Both the position numbers and the translations under genes were made by a program. DNA of 64,000 nucleotides from Nitrososphaerota archaeon (GTDB lineage: Archaea; Thermoproteota; Nitrososphaeria; Nitrososphaerales; JACPRH01), in contig JAMCPI010000012.1 in NCBI GenBank assembly GCA_023379805.1, positions 95,777-159,776 of the forward strand, read 5' to 3'. Numbering within the stretch: position 1 is the stretch's first letter; each line of letters begins with the position of its first letter. The notes under the pieces were generated by a model. The model was not told where the DNA came from. It worked only from the letters and a program-made list of their open reading frames with translations, and did not search any database. Positions 1 through 8,859 of the stretch are shown here, one piece after another.

Positions 1-160
1 TCCGACACATATCCGAGTCGCGGTGATGCCTCACACCGTATCTCAACATCTGAAGGTATTCTCAACAGACCTCAAAACGGTGCTGACCCAGCTAAGATAG
101 TGGGTGCTTCCTTTCTAGGCTAGGTTATCGAATCTCTGCCGCTTCGCGCTATCATTTTTA

Positions 161-763
161 TCAGGATACGAGGCTTTCTCGTTCCTTCTTGAAAAGTCCT
201 GCGCAGCTTGTGCAGCAGAAATAAAACTCATGTCCTCCGATGTTCATCTTCACCATGTCACCTCTAATATCCTTCTTGCAGGTTTGACAAGGGATTCTTA
301 CTCCGTACCCGGGTCGAAGAGGTGTGTCGTAGTGCTCTTTGATTGTCCCGGTTACCAGATCGCTACGAATATACTTGAGACCTTGAACCGCGCTTAGCTT
401 CTCGGTCACGAACTCTTCCAGCGCCTTAAGATCAGGAACAGAAACCTTCACCGTCAAGTTATGCTCCCCCGTTGTGAAGTAGGCGTCCGAAACTTCATCC
501 ATCTGCTTAATCCCTTCTCCGACATTCTTCAAATCAGGGACTTCACACTTCAAACTTATCAATGCGGTGACGCCGCCGAATAGCTTCTCCTGATCAAGAA
601 CAGTGGTGAACTGCTTAATCACACCGATGTCGATAAGCCGCTTAATTCTAGTGCGGGCGGTCGGGAGACTCACATTCGCCTCCCGAGCAACATCCTTAAT
701 GGCCATCCGGCTGTCCTTCTGCAGCGATACGAGTATACGGTAATCAACAGCGTCAAGCTCCAA
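161..763 (-). CDS. Lrp/AsnC-family transcription regulator with C-terminal TRASH-type Cys metal-binding domain
   Basis: 200-aa ORF with a TTG start. N-terminal wHTH (DYRILVSLQKDSRMAIKDVAREANVSLPTARTRIKRL) plus a RAM-like core. The C-terminus CQTC-x20-CCTSC fits the C-x2-C-x19-22-C-x3-C TRASH pattern. Confidence 0.8.
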   Translation of the reverse strand: MELDAVDYRILVSLQKDSRMAIKDVAREANVSLPTARTRIKRLIDIGVIKQFTTVLDQEKLFGGVTALISLKCEVPDLKNVGEGIKQMDEVSDAYFTTGEHNLTVKVSVPDLKALEEFVTEKLSAVQGLKYIRSDLVTGTIKEHYDTPLRPGYGVRIPCQTCKKDIRGDMVKMNIGGHEFYFCCTSCAGLFKKERESLVS

Positions 764-947
764 CTGGTTCTTCCTTCCTTACACTTTACGAAACTCATAT
801 CCCCTATATGCTTTTCTCACAGCAAGATAGTTCATCCAACACTTTCCGAATCCTCGCTTACCGCAACCGTCTCCATTCCCAAGGGAAAGCAAAAGACAAA
901 TACCCGATTAATCGGTCTCTGATCTACATTAACTGAGGAAGCATTAC

Positions 948-1352
948 TTGATACGTAAAGTCGCGCCGATAACCGCTCTGATAATACTAATCACCATTGC
1001 AGCTATGCTCCCTCTAGCGTACAGCAAACCCATGTACATGGCGCAGGTACCGCAAGCCTTCAAAGATCAATGCACCCTCTGCCACACCTCAACATCCGGA
1101 ATGAACGGACTCAACCCCTTCGGCGCAGACTTTGAGAGAAGCGGACACTCAATCTCAAGCATCGGCAGCCTAGACTCTGATGGAGACGGGTACTCCAACG
1201 CCCAAGAACTATCTGCAGGCACCTATCCCGGGGATCCGAAATCCTATCCTGGAGCAACATCCATGGGAATCGGGATTGACATGATAGTTTTCCTCGTCAC
1301 AGCGGTGGTAGCCGTAGTTGCCGTTGTGAAATTCGTCATTCTACGGAGATAG
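948..1352 (+). CDS. Exported CxxCH-motif protein with DxDxDG Ca-binding-like motif and C-terminal TM anchor
   Basis: 134-aa ORF with a TTG start. N-terminal signal/TM, a single CTLCH heme-c-type motif, DSDGDGYSNAQE (thrombospondin-type-3-like), and a hydrophobic C-terminal helix ending in RR. Confidence 0.6.
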   Translation: MIRKVAPITALIILITIAAMLPLAYSKPMYMAQVPQAFKDQCTLCHTSTSGMNGLNPFGADFERSGHSISSIGSLDSDGDGYSNAQELSAGTYPGDPKSYPGATSMGIGIDMIVFLVTAVVAVVAVVKFVILRR

Positions 1353-1356
1353 CAAC

Positions 1357-1545
1357 ATGAAAACTATTCTACTGCCTGTAATAATTGCCTCATCTTACCA
1401 TTACAAAAACCTAGGTCTCGACTCTTCCGCCCAAAAGGGGATCCCTGTAGCGTTTGCCCCTATTGTAAACTTGGGGCTTGTAAATTTGCATACAGGTAAA
1501 CCGGAGCCATTACCCAGATTGGTTAAGGTGCCATCACAAGAATGA
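1357..1545 (+). CDS. Small hypothetical protein (operon-internal ORF)
   Basis: The ATG lies 5 nt after the upstream stop, and there is a 4-nt ATGA overlap with the next ORF. No recognisable domain. The alternative frame carries a Cys-rich peptide (see findings). Confidence 0.3.
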   Translation: MKTILLPVIIASSYHYKNLGLDSSAQKGIPVAFAPIVNLGLVNLHTGKPEPLPRLVKVPSQE

Positions 1546-2660
1546 CCCGTCGTGTCACAGATCATGCGGCGTTAACGGGTGCAACAGGTAGTCTTGCCCT
1601 GTTTCTAATATACATCCTAGTCCTGACTGTTTTTGAATCATTCAGCTACGCGATGCAGCAGCTTGCTCAATGGATTTACTGGATCGTGCCGCTAACTATA
1701 GGTTTCGGAATCCAAGTTGGGCTCTACTCACACATTAAAACTGCCTTCCGCACAAGGGTTGACACCGCTGCGACCGGAAGTGTCGCTGCCTCAGGAGGCA
1801 TCTCAACCACCTCAATGATCGCGTGCTGTCTACATCACCTAACCGACGTGCTTCCCATCCTTGGACTGTCCGCCGCGGCTGTAGTCCTAATCAAATATCA
1901 GTCAATATTCATGGCTATGGGATTACTATCCAACATCGTTGGGGTCACCTTTATGCTGATGGTGATGCAGCAACACGGAGTCCCAGTCGAGAACGGGTTT
2001 GCTAAGAAGATATTTCGCTACGATATGAAGCGTGTTAGAAACACCGCGATAGCCGCATCAATCATCATATTAATCGGTCTCACACTTTCATCAATACCAC
2101 CATTCGCTCCAACATCAAGTGGAGGCGTTGCTCAAACAAGCGGGCTTCAACCGGTCACCAATGAAGCAGGGGGCGTCTCATTCGAAATCACTCCACAAGG
2201 CTTCAGCCCGACGGAGCAGGTTGTCTTTAACGTCGGCATCAACACCCATCAAGGCAGCCTTGACTACGACTTCACTAAGATATCGACTCTGGAGACGTCG
2301 AGCGGAGGCAAATACACACCTTTGAAGTGGGACGGTGCTAGCGGAGGTCATCACCTATCGGGCACCCTCACATTCCCACCGGTCGGCGAAACCAACAGTC
2401 TCAAACTCACAATCCGAAACGTCTACGATGTTCCTGAGCGAGTATTCCAATGGAACCTAGGTTCTCAGTCCGGCGGCGCAGCTGCCACAGCCTCCGCACC
2501 ATTAGCTCTCAACATCTACATTTTGGGTATCACGATAGTAGCTGTGTTGATAGCGGTGGTTCTGATTAACCGCCGCCCTAAGAAAGTTGATACCAAGTAT
2601 GAGCAGATGCTGAAGCAAGAGTGTCACAAGGATCAGGCGGATAGCAACATCTCAAGCTAA
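1542..2660 (+). CDS. Polytopic membrane protein with CC-HH motif and extracytoplasmic His-rich beta domain (putative metal handling)
   Basis: 372 aa. N-terminal TM helices include IACCLHHLTD. The middle soluble domain reads ...NTHQGSLDYDF...KWDGASGGHHLSGTLTF. C-terminal TM anchor with a basic tail. Confidence 0.55.
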   Translation: MTRRVTDHAALTGATGSLALFLIYILVLTVFESFSYAMQQLAQWIYWIVPLTIGFGIQVGLYSHIKTAFRTRVDTAATGSVAASGGISTTSMIACCLHHLTDVLPILGLSAAAVVLIKYQSIFMAMGLLSNIVGVTFMLMVMQQHGVPVENGFAKKIFRYDMKRVRNTAIAASIIILIGLTLSSIPPFAPTSSGGVAQTSGLQPVTNEAGGVSFEITPQGFSPTEQVVFNVGINTHQGSLDYDFTKISTLETSSGGKYTPLKWDGASGGHHLSGTLTFPPVGETNSLKLTIRNVYDVPERVFQWNLGSQSGGAAATASAPLALNIYILGITIVAVLIAVVLINRRPKKVDTKYEQMLKQECHKDQADSNISS

Positions 2661-2744
2661 TCGGCTATTCATCCTAAAAATCCCGCTGGTCCAGCACTTA
2701 ACGGCTTTATATCCTGATCATTTGTAAGGCCGTGTAGGTCTCAG

Positions 2745-4313
2745 ATGAAGGTTCTTCTGGTGACGGGGAGGCTGGCGGAGCCTATTGTGAGAAGATACGC
2801 CTCAGAGAGTCGTTTAAAGGCTGAGGTTATTGCTCTTCCATTCGCCGTCGCCGCTCTGATGACCTCCCGCTACATAGCTACCCATCTCAAGAGCCAAGGC
2901 GTAACAGGCTTCGATTTAGTGATGGTGCCGGGTTTGGTCAAAGGCGACGTTTCAACAATCTCTGAAGCGGTAGGTGTCTCAACGTTCAAGGGACCACGTT
3001 ATGCAGCAGATCTGCCCTCAGTGCTTAACCTGCTGAGTGAAGACAAAATCAAGCTATCAACCGCGGTCCCAGCCTGCGACCTCATCCGTGAACAGCTAAG
3101 TCATATCGCGCTAGAATCTATCCGTGAAGCAGAAGCGAATCGGGAATATCTTCTGAAGCGACCGGGGAACATGATGATAGGAAACCTCGCGGTGGGCCGA
3201 GACTTCCCAGCACGAATACTCGCAGAGATCGTCGATGTCCCAAAGATGCTTGACGAAGAAATTAGAAACCGCGCCATTTACTATGCGGAATCCGGTGCCG
3301 ACATCATAGACATCGGAATGATTGCTGGGCTCTCCCAACCTAAAGACGCTTTCCGAGCAGTCAAGATTGTGAAGAGCGCTGTTGATTTACCGGTCAGCAT
3401 CGATAGTCTAGATCCCGCGGAGATCGAATCGGCAGTCTCAGCGGGCGTAGATATGATACTGAGCCTTGACGGAGGAAACATCGAAGCAGTAGCCAGCTTC
3501 GCCTCACATATTCCTGCAGTCGTAATCCCAACAGATTTCAGTCGTTCACTCTTCCCTAAAGAGGCGGCTGCAAAGGTTCAGCTGATTGAACAGAACTTTG
3601 AGCTGGCAAGAAGCGCAGGCTTCACCAAACTGATAGCCGATCCGATACTTGACCCGCTTATTCACCCAGGATCGGTGGAGTCGATTTTGGCCGCGGAGCA
3701 TTTTCGGCGTCTGCATCCTGATTATTTGATGATGCTCGGCGTAGGTAATGCTATTGAGCTTCTCGATGCTGACACACCGGGAGCTAATGCTGTGTTCGCG
3801 GGGATAACTGCGGAGCTGGAAGTGAGCATTTTATTGACAACCGAGGTGAGCGATAAGGCAAGTGGCAGCGTCGCGGAGCTCTCAACACTCTCCGATATGA
3901 TGTTCCTAGCGCGGAGGCGGAACTCTGCTCCTAAAGATCTCGGGCTCGACCTACTCATTTTGAAGGAGAAACGTAGAAATGATGAGCCGTTCAACCAAAA
4001 CCTGCTGTCCGAAGTAACTTCAGTCAAACCTGAAGAGGTCAGCCGCTCCGGATCCGACCCGAAAGGTTGTTTCAAGATTCTCCTAGACCGAAGAGGTAGG
4101 GAAATAGTTCTTCTACACTACACTCGACCTGATCTTGAGAAGCCAGATCTAGCCATAAGAGGAGACAACGCCGCTGCTGTGTACAAGACAGCGGTTCAGA
4201 AGGGCTTGCTCTCCAGCCTAGAGCATGCGGCTTATCTTGGCGCCGAGGTGACTAAAGCTGAAATTGCGTTAAAGCTCGGGCGAAGCTATGTTCAAGACTC
4301 ACCTGTCTTCTAA
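2745..4313 (+). CDS. Dihydropteroate-synthase-like protein of H4MPT biosynthesis (long archaeal/methylotroph form)
   Basis: 522 aa. Central pterin-binding TIM-barrel-like region (ESGADIIDIG...SIDS...ILS), with the N- and C-terminal extensions I recall in the about 520-aa DHPS-related proteins of methanogens. Sits in an H4MPT gene context. Confidence 0.65.
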   Translation: MKVLLVTGRLAEPIVRRYASESRLKAEVIALPFAVAALMTSRYIATHLKSQGVTGFDLVMVPGLVKGDVSTISEAVGVSTFKGPRYAADLPSVLNLLSEDKIKLSTAVPACDLIREQLSHIALESIREAEANREYLLKRPGNMMIGNLAVGRDFPARILAEIVDVPKMLDEEIRNRAIYYAESGADIIDIGMIAGLSQPKDAFRAVKIVKSAVDLPVSIDSLDPAEIESAVSAGVDMILSLDGGNIEAVASFASHIPAVVIPTDFSRSLFPKEAAAKVQLIEQNFELARSAGFTKLIADPILDPLIHPGSVESILAAEHFRRLHPDYLMMLGVGNAIELLDADTPGANAVFAGITAELEVSILLTTEVSDKASGSVAELSTLSDMMFLARRRNSAPKDLGLDLLILKEKRRNDEPFNQNLLSEVTSVKPEEVSRSGSDPKGCFKILLDRRGREIVLLHYTRPDLEKPDLAIRGDNAAAVYKTAVQKGLLSSLEHAAYLGAEVTKAEIALKLGRSYVQDSPVF

Positions 4314-4315
4314 TC

Positions 4316-5257
4316 TCAACGCATCCTCGGCAGGGCTTCCTCTGCAATCAGGTTAACCGCTTCATCCCAAGTCGGTCCAAGCGGTGGTGCGAGAACCAGT
4401 AGCGTAACTCCGCTCTTGATTAGTTGTTGAATCTTCATCAAACAAGCGTCAGGTGTCCCTGCGACCGCCAGCGAGTCAACCATCTCCGACGTCACCGCGC
4501 TAGCAACTGCGTCGCGATCGTTCCGTCTAAGCGCATCTTTAACTCGCTCACGATCCTCCAGCGGGATACTGAGCCGCTCCAAAACCGGGTCAGGACATCC
4601 CGACACGATAACAGCTACTTTCGAGCGAACCTGTTTAACCGCCTCATCCCAGCTTCGAGCCGCTGAGAAAGGCATCTCAGCCCCCCACTCGAAACCGTCC
4701 AGAGTCCTGCCGGTCTCTAAACCACTTCGCCTCACAATCTCCACAGCTCGTTTACACTCACGCGGGTCAGCCGAGTTAATTATGATGCCGTCACCTATTT
4801 CGCCGGCAAGCCTGAGCATCCGATCCCCTTGCGCACCAACTAGAATCGGGATACGGCGGTCGGCTAGAAGCGTGCTGATGGTTTGAGCTGCCTTTCTAAC
4901 AGCTGCAACTGGTCGGACCTGCTCTACGCCGAGTCTTCTGAGGCCTTCCTTATCACCAGCTCCGATGCCGCACACTACTCGGCCAGGTGCGATTTCACTC
5001 AGAGATGCAAGGATCTGAGCCGTAACAGCTGGGTGGATCAGGTAGGGGTTAGTGACGCCTGGCCCTATTCTCACCTTTCGAGTATTCTCTGCAACTATTG
5101 TAAGGGATACATACGCGTTCCTTCCCTTCAGATGATCGCTCATTAACACATAGTCAAACCCAGCCTTTTCAGCCTTCACCGCACGTCTAACGGTGAGACT
5201 GTAATCCTCATCCGGAATAAGCCCAACTCCAAATTTTATCATCAGCTTCAAACTCAC
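4316..5257 (-). CDS. mer: F420-dependent 5,10-methylene-H4MPT reductase (Mer)-like luciferase-family oxidoreductase
   Basis: 313 aa. RIGPGVTNPYLIHPAVTAQILASLSEIAPGRVVCGIGAGDK and GAQGDRMLRLAGEIGDGIIIN closely parallel the Mer motifs I recall. The start may instead be the internal M at 5242. Confidence 0.7.
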   Translation of the reverse strand: MSLKLMIKFGVGLIPDEDYSLTVRRAVKAEKAGFDYVLMSDHLKGRNAYVSLTIVAENTRKVRIGPGVTNPYLIHPAVTAQILASLSEIAPGRVVCGIGAGDKEGLRRLGVEQVRPVAAVRKAAQTISTLLADRRIPILVGAQGDRMLRLAGEIGDGIIINSADPRECKRAVEIVRRSGLETGRTLDGFEWGAEMPFSAARSWDEAVKQVRSKVAVIVSGCPDPVLERLSIPLEDRERVKDALRRNDRDAVASAVTSEMVDSLAVAGTPDACLMKIQQLIKSGVTLLVLAPPLGPTWDEAVNLIAEEALPRMR

Positions 5258-5462
5258 CTCAGCAGCAAAGCAAACTCCTCGAGACTGGCAATCATCTCTC
5301 CATGCTTACTTTAATGTGTTCTCTGATAATGAAACCCTATGACTGTATTATGGCGGTTTAATCCAGTTTGATGCTTGTGGGTGCTGTGAAAAGAAGGTGG
5401 CCGAGCCCCTCCCGCAGTCAGAGCATCTGAGACTCGGATACATATTGAACGCTTGGTTTTTT

Positions 5463-6233
5463 CTAAGAGTGCCTCCAAGTTACGGAGAAGCTACTTCCAT
5501 CTGTTGAGAGCGCAGAGGGCTGTGCCTTTACTGTCCCTGACTGTGTTGTCATGGTTATTGCGTCGTTCTGCCAAGTCCCGTTGTTTATTGTGCCGGTGAT
5601 ACCGTTTATGGTTACTTGTGCATTCTGGAAGTTGACTGTTCCGAAGTTAGCTAATGGAAGTACGCCTCCGGAGGAAGATGGTGCTTCAGCCACCCATTCT
5701 GCTGAAGATCTTTGGGCTCTGGTTGATTTCTGGGTTGTTGTGAAGGTCGCTCCTGTTGTTGTGTCAGTAATTGTTATTCTGAAGCTGCCTTTGCCGATGA
5801 ACTGAACTTCACCGGTCATTAGGTCTCCTGGGCTTATTGTCATCTTTAGATTCACTGGGAATTTGGGGTACATCTCATACCAGGCGTAATACTTTGGTAC
5901 TCCTGAGGAGCAGTCTGAATCTGTCCCAGTCTGCTCAACCGTGCTTGAGGCGTATCCGTCGATGCCCACCCAGAAGGATGAATAGGCGCTCGGTGTGGCT
6001 GAGCAGTCTACTGCTGGCACAGTCCAAGATCCTTTAACATCTGATACTGAGCCCATCTGCGGTGAAGCCAAATTGGTTTCAACAGCGTAGCCGGACCAGT
6101 TTGAGCTGACCCCGCTTCTCAGGTGGATTCTTGGTGCATTTGTGAAGAACGTCACAGATGTTAGCGCATAAGTTGGGGTCAAGAGAACCATTGATATGAT
6201 GACTATTAACGCGAGTTTTCCTCTACTATTCAA
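5463..6233 (-). CDS. Secreted glutamic peptidase (peptidase G1 / eqolisin family)
   Basis: NWSGY, SFWVGIDG, QTG and AEWVAEAP motifs of the G1 beta-sandwich fold. The track ORF runs to 6407, but residues 1-58 are Cys-rich with no signal peptide. An in-frame TTG at 6233 gives a normal signal peptide (NSRGKLALIVIISMVLLTPTYALT). Confidence 0.7.
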   Translation of the reverse strand: MNSRGKLALIVIISMVLLTPTYALTSVTFFTNAPRIHLRSGVSSNWSGYAVETNLASPQMGSVSDVKGSWTVPAVDCSATPSAYSSFWVGIDGYASSTVEQTGTDSDCSSGVPKYYAWYEMYPKFPVNLKMTISPGDLMTGEVQFIGKGSFRITITDTTTGATFTTTQKSTRAQRSSAEWVAEAPSSSGGVLPLANFGTVNFQNAQVTINGITGTINNGTWQNDAITMTTQSGTVKAQPSALSTDGSSFSVTWRHS

Positions 6234-6490
6234 GTTATAATCGCTGCAAGCAAAGGTTCTCAATCGACATATAACTGTTCTTGAATAACAGATGTTACAT
6301 GCATAGAATAGGGGCTCAGCAAAATGTAGCAAACATAAATAGACACTTATGCTTCTATGCCTGCTGATAAATTGGCTGAACCAATTATTCTCGCCCTCGG
6401 TTTTCATCCATGTGAATCAGCAGCATCACCGGCTCATCCTGAAGAATACACAGCTTGCGGTTGATGAGGTGAATAGGCATTACACAGCAC

Positions 6491-7534
6491 ATTTCTCAAT
6501 CAGACTTAGAAGGTCGAGATGGCGACTTCTTTGAGCTTCAAGACGGTGCGATCTTCGAGGTTAAGGGGCATCTTCACCCGCCTAGCAAGCTAATTGCTTA
6601 CCCGCGCTACATCCCTGACGAGCATGGTGACCGAGCCAGAGGGTCACGCAGGTATCGGAAGACCTATCCGCTAGGCGAACGCTACAGCCTCCTGCGGCTA
6701 CGCTATCCCAATTTCCTAACGCATGATCCTGTTTTAGACATGGAGGTTCCTCAAGTCCCCCGGGGCCAAATCACGGTCTACTACCGTCCAGTTGACGCTC
6801 TAGCTAGACTCCTAGGAGAAGCCAAGCCTGATGAAACTGAGCAGTGTGCAGTAGACTTCGCTTCCCTTATCAAAGATCGCTCCGGAGTCCCCGCTTCCAA
6901 CCTCGGCGTCTCAGGCTCCATCAAAATCGGACTCCACACGCCATCTTCCGACATCGATATTATCGTCTATGGTCGCAACGAATCTATGCGTGTCAGAGAG
7001 GCATTGAAGCATCTGCTCAGAGAAGGCGACCCCGTAAGGCACTATCACCCAGATGAGATGAAGCGGCTCTATCATTTCCGAGTGGCAGACACAAAGATGC
7101 CTTATGATCAGTTCGCTCGACATGAGGCGAGAAAAAACTTTCAAGGAATATATCGAGACCGAGAATTCTTCATCCGCTACCTTCCCAACTCATCCGAGAT
7201 CGGTGAAGCCTACGGAGACGTCAAATATCATACCGAAGGTTATGTTAAGGTTAAGGCGTTGGTGACCGACGCCTCAGAATCCTTCTACACTCCCTGCCGA
7301 TACAGATTGACACAAGTAGAATCTCTGAAAGGGCCAACTGTACCTGATATCACTGAGGTAGTCTCTTTCAGAGGACGTTTCTGCGAGCAAGCCGAAACAG
7401 GCGAGAGGGTCGTGCTACAGGGTAAACTAGAGTGGGTTATTACCGCCACCGGCTCACATAGACGAGTTCTGCTAGGAGGCACGCCTTCAGACTCTATGAT
7501 ATCCTTGTCTCTGCTTAACACCAAAAGTAGCTGA
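6491..7534 (+). CDS. Predicted nucleotidyltransferase (Pol-beta superfamily), paralog 1; conserved N-terminus lacks a canonical start
   Basis: GVSGSIKIGLHTPSSDIDIIVYG matches the GS-x9-12-DxD NTase motif. The first canonical start is ATG 6740, but the frame is open from 6473 and residues encoded by 6491-6739 align with the N-terminus of the downstream paralog. ATT at 6491 aligns with that paralog's start codon. Confidence 0.6.
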   Translation: MSQSDLEGRDGDFFELQDGAIFEVKGHLHPPSKLIAYPRYIPDEHGDRARGSRRYRKTYPLGERYSLLRLRYPNFLTHDPVLDMEVPQVPRGQITVYYRPVDALARLLGEAKPDETEQCAVDFASLIKDRSGVPASNLGVSGSIKIGLHTPSSDIDIIVYGRNESMRVREALKHLLREGDPVRHYHPDEMKRLYHFRVADTKMPYDQFARHEARKNFQGIYRDREFFIRYLPNSSEIGEAYGDVKYHTEGYVKVKALVTDASESFYTPCRYRLTQVESLKGPTVPDITEVVSFRGRFCEQAETGERVVLQGKLEWVITATGSHRRVLLGGTPSDSMISLSLLNTKSS

Positions 7535-7576
7535 AGGAAGAAAAATAGGTAGGTATGTAGGTAGGAGACCTGAAAA

Positions 7577-8638
7577 TTGTCGTTATCCGCTGAGGTATTC
7601 AGGGACAGGGAGTTTATTCGCACTGGTGAAAACCTGTACTTCTGCGTAGTAGATGATATCCACCCGCTAGACAGAGTAATATCTTATCTACGCTACGCTC
7701 CGTCAGCTGAAGGTAAGTGGGGGCGCGGTGGACAGAGATTCGCCCGCGCTATGCCGACCTACTCAATCCCTAATCTTCTCAGGAACATCGACTACTTGAA
7801 GACCATGTACCCTGACTATGTTTTTCGCTCAGATGTCTTCGGCGTAGAGATGTCGGCTGTGCCTTTGAACCGGGTCGCGCAGCACTATCTTCCACAAGTT
7901 AAGATGAGGGAGATTTCGGAGATGGAGCGGCCTGACTCTCTGCAGAGGAAGGTGGTTGATCTGGTTGATTACATCTCAGATGCAACAGGCGTGGATCAAG
8001 ATGTCTTCGGGGTCACCGGCTCAATACTGATTGATCTGCATAATCCTGAGTTCTCCGACATCGATCTAACTATTTCAGGTGGCGCGAACGGTCTTCATAT
8101 CAAGAAAATGTTGCCTACTTTGTACTCCGAAGCGGAAGGCTTGGTGAAGAGTATACCGAAGCCGCTGCTGAAGCGATGGTATGAGGACAAGGTGAAGACA
8201 CACCCGTTAAGTCTTGACGAGGCGAAGGATCTTCGGCGGAGGCAATGGAACTACAACTCCTTCAGAGGTACCGTCTTCTCCATCCATACTGTTCGAGCAC
8301 TCTCTGAGATACGTGAAAAGTATGGTGACAAGCATTTTCATTCAGTAGGCATCGTGACCGGTCGGGCAGTGATATCGGATGCTTCAGAGTCACTGTTCAA
8401 CCCGCATATCTACGAGGTGGAGGACTTCAAGGTTGACGAAGGAATGAAGGTTGAAGATATCCTAGAGGTGTCCACATACTCTGGGCTCTTTGGCGGGGTC
8501 TTCGAGGAGGGTGAGGCGATACTTGTACACGGGAAGCTTGAGCTGGTTGAGGATACACGAAGCGGCGATGTCTACCACCGCATCGTAATAGGTTCACCTG
8601 AAGCAGGCGGTCACGACTACATTAAACCCATCAGCTAA
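7577..8638 (+). CDS. Predicted nucleotidyltransferase (Pol-beta superfamily) with C-terminal OB-like barrel, paralog 2
   Basis: 353 aa with a TTG start. GVTGSILIDLHNPEFSDIDLTISG NTase motif. Colinear similarity to the upstream gene over the N-terminal domain, the NTase core and the C-terminal beta-rich region (GRAVISDASESLFNPHIYEV vs VKALVTDASESFYTPCRYRL). Confidence 0.75.
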   Translation: MSLSAEVFRDREFIRTGENLYFCVVDDIHPLDRVISYLRYAPSAEGKWGRGGQRFARAMPTYSIPNLLRNIDYLKTMYPDYVFRSDVFGVEMSAVPLNRVAQHYLPQVKMREISEMERPDSLQRKVVDLVDYISDATGVDQDVFGVTGSILIDLHNPEFSDIDLTISGGANGLHIKKMLPTLYSEAEGLVKSIPKPLLKRWYEDKVKTHPLSLDEAKDLRRRQWNYNSFRGTVFSIHTVRALSEIREKYGDKHFHSVGIVTGRAVISDASESLFNPHIYEVEDFKVDEGMKVEDILEVSTYSGLFGGVFEEGEAILVHGKLELVEDTRSGDVYHRIVIGSPEAGGHDYIKPIS

Positions 8639-8859
8639 CCATCGTTTGATGATTTTCTTCTCGATCCTGAGATATGCTCTTCAGATTGTGATTGTTCAAT
8701 GTTTTTCAGGAATGAGTCTCGTTTCTCGACTCTTTACTGACTGAATAGTTATCTGCGGGTTGAAGCGCAACATTTAATAAAATTGGTTTCATCCTAATTT
8801 CTCTGATCCAGCTGAGACTGCAAAATGCTTATAGTCTCTATATTCTCGGTGAGAAGTGA

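Noticed and set aside
1-120. An open frame running into the window start (…ADPAKIVGASFLG-stop at 118-120), possibly the 3' end of an upstream gene.
   Set aside because: Only 39 codons with no recognisable motif, so it cannot be distinguished from chance.
5463-6407. The full 314-aa ORF-track model for the G1 peptidase.
   Set aside because: The first 58 residues are Cys-rich, have no signal-peptide character, and overlap the divergent upstream region. An in-frame TTG at 6233 gives a proper signal peptide.
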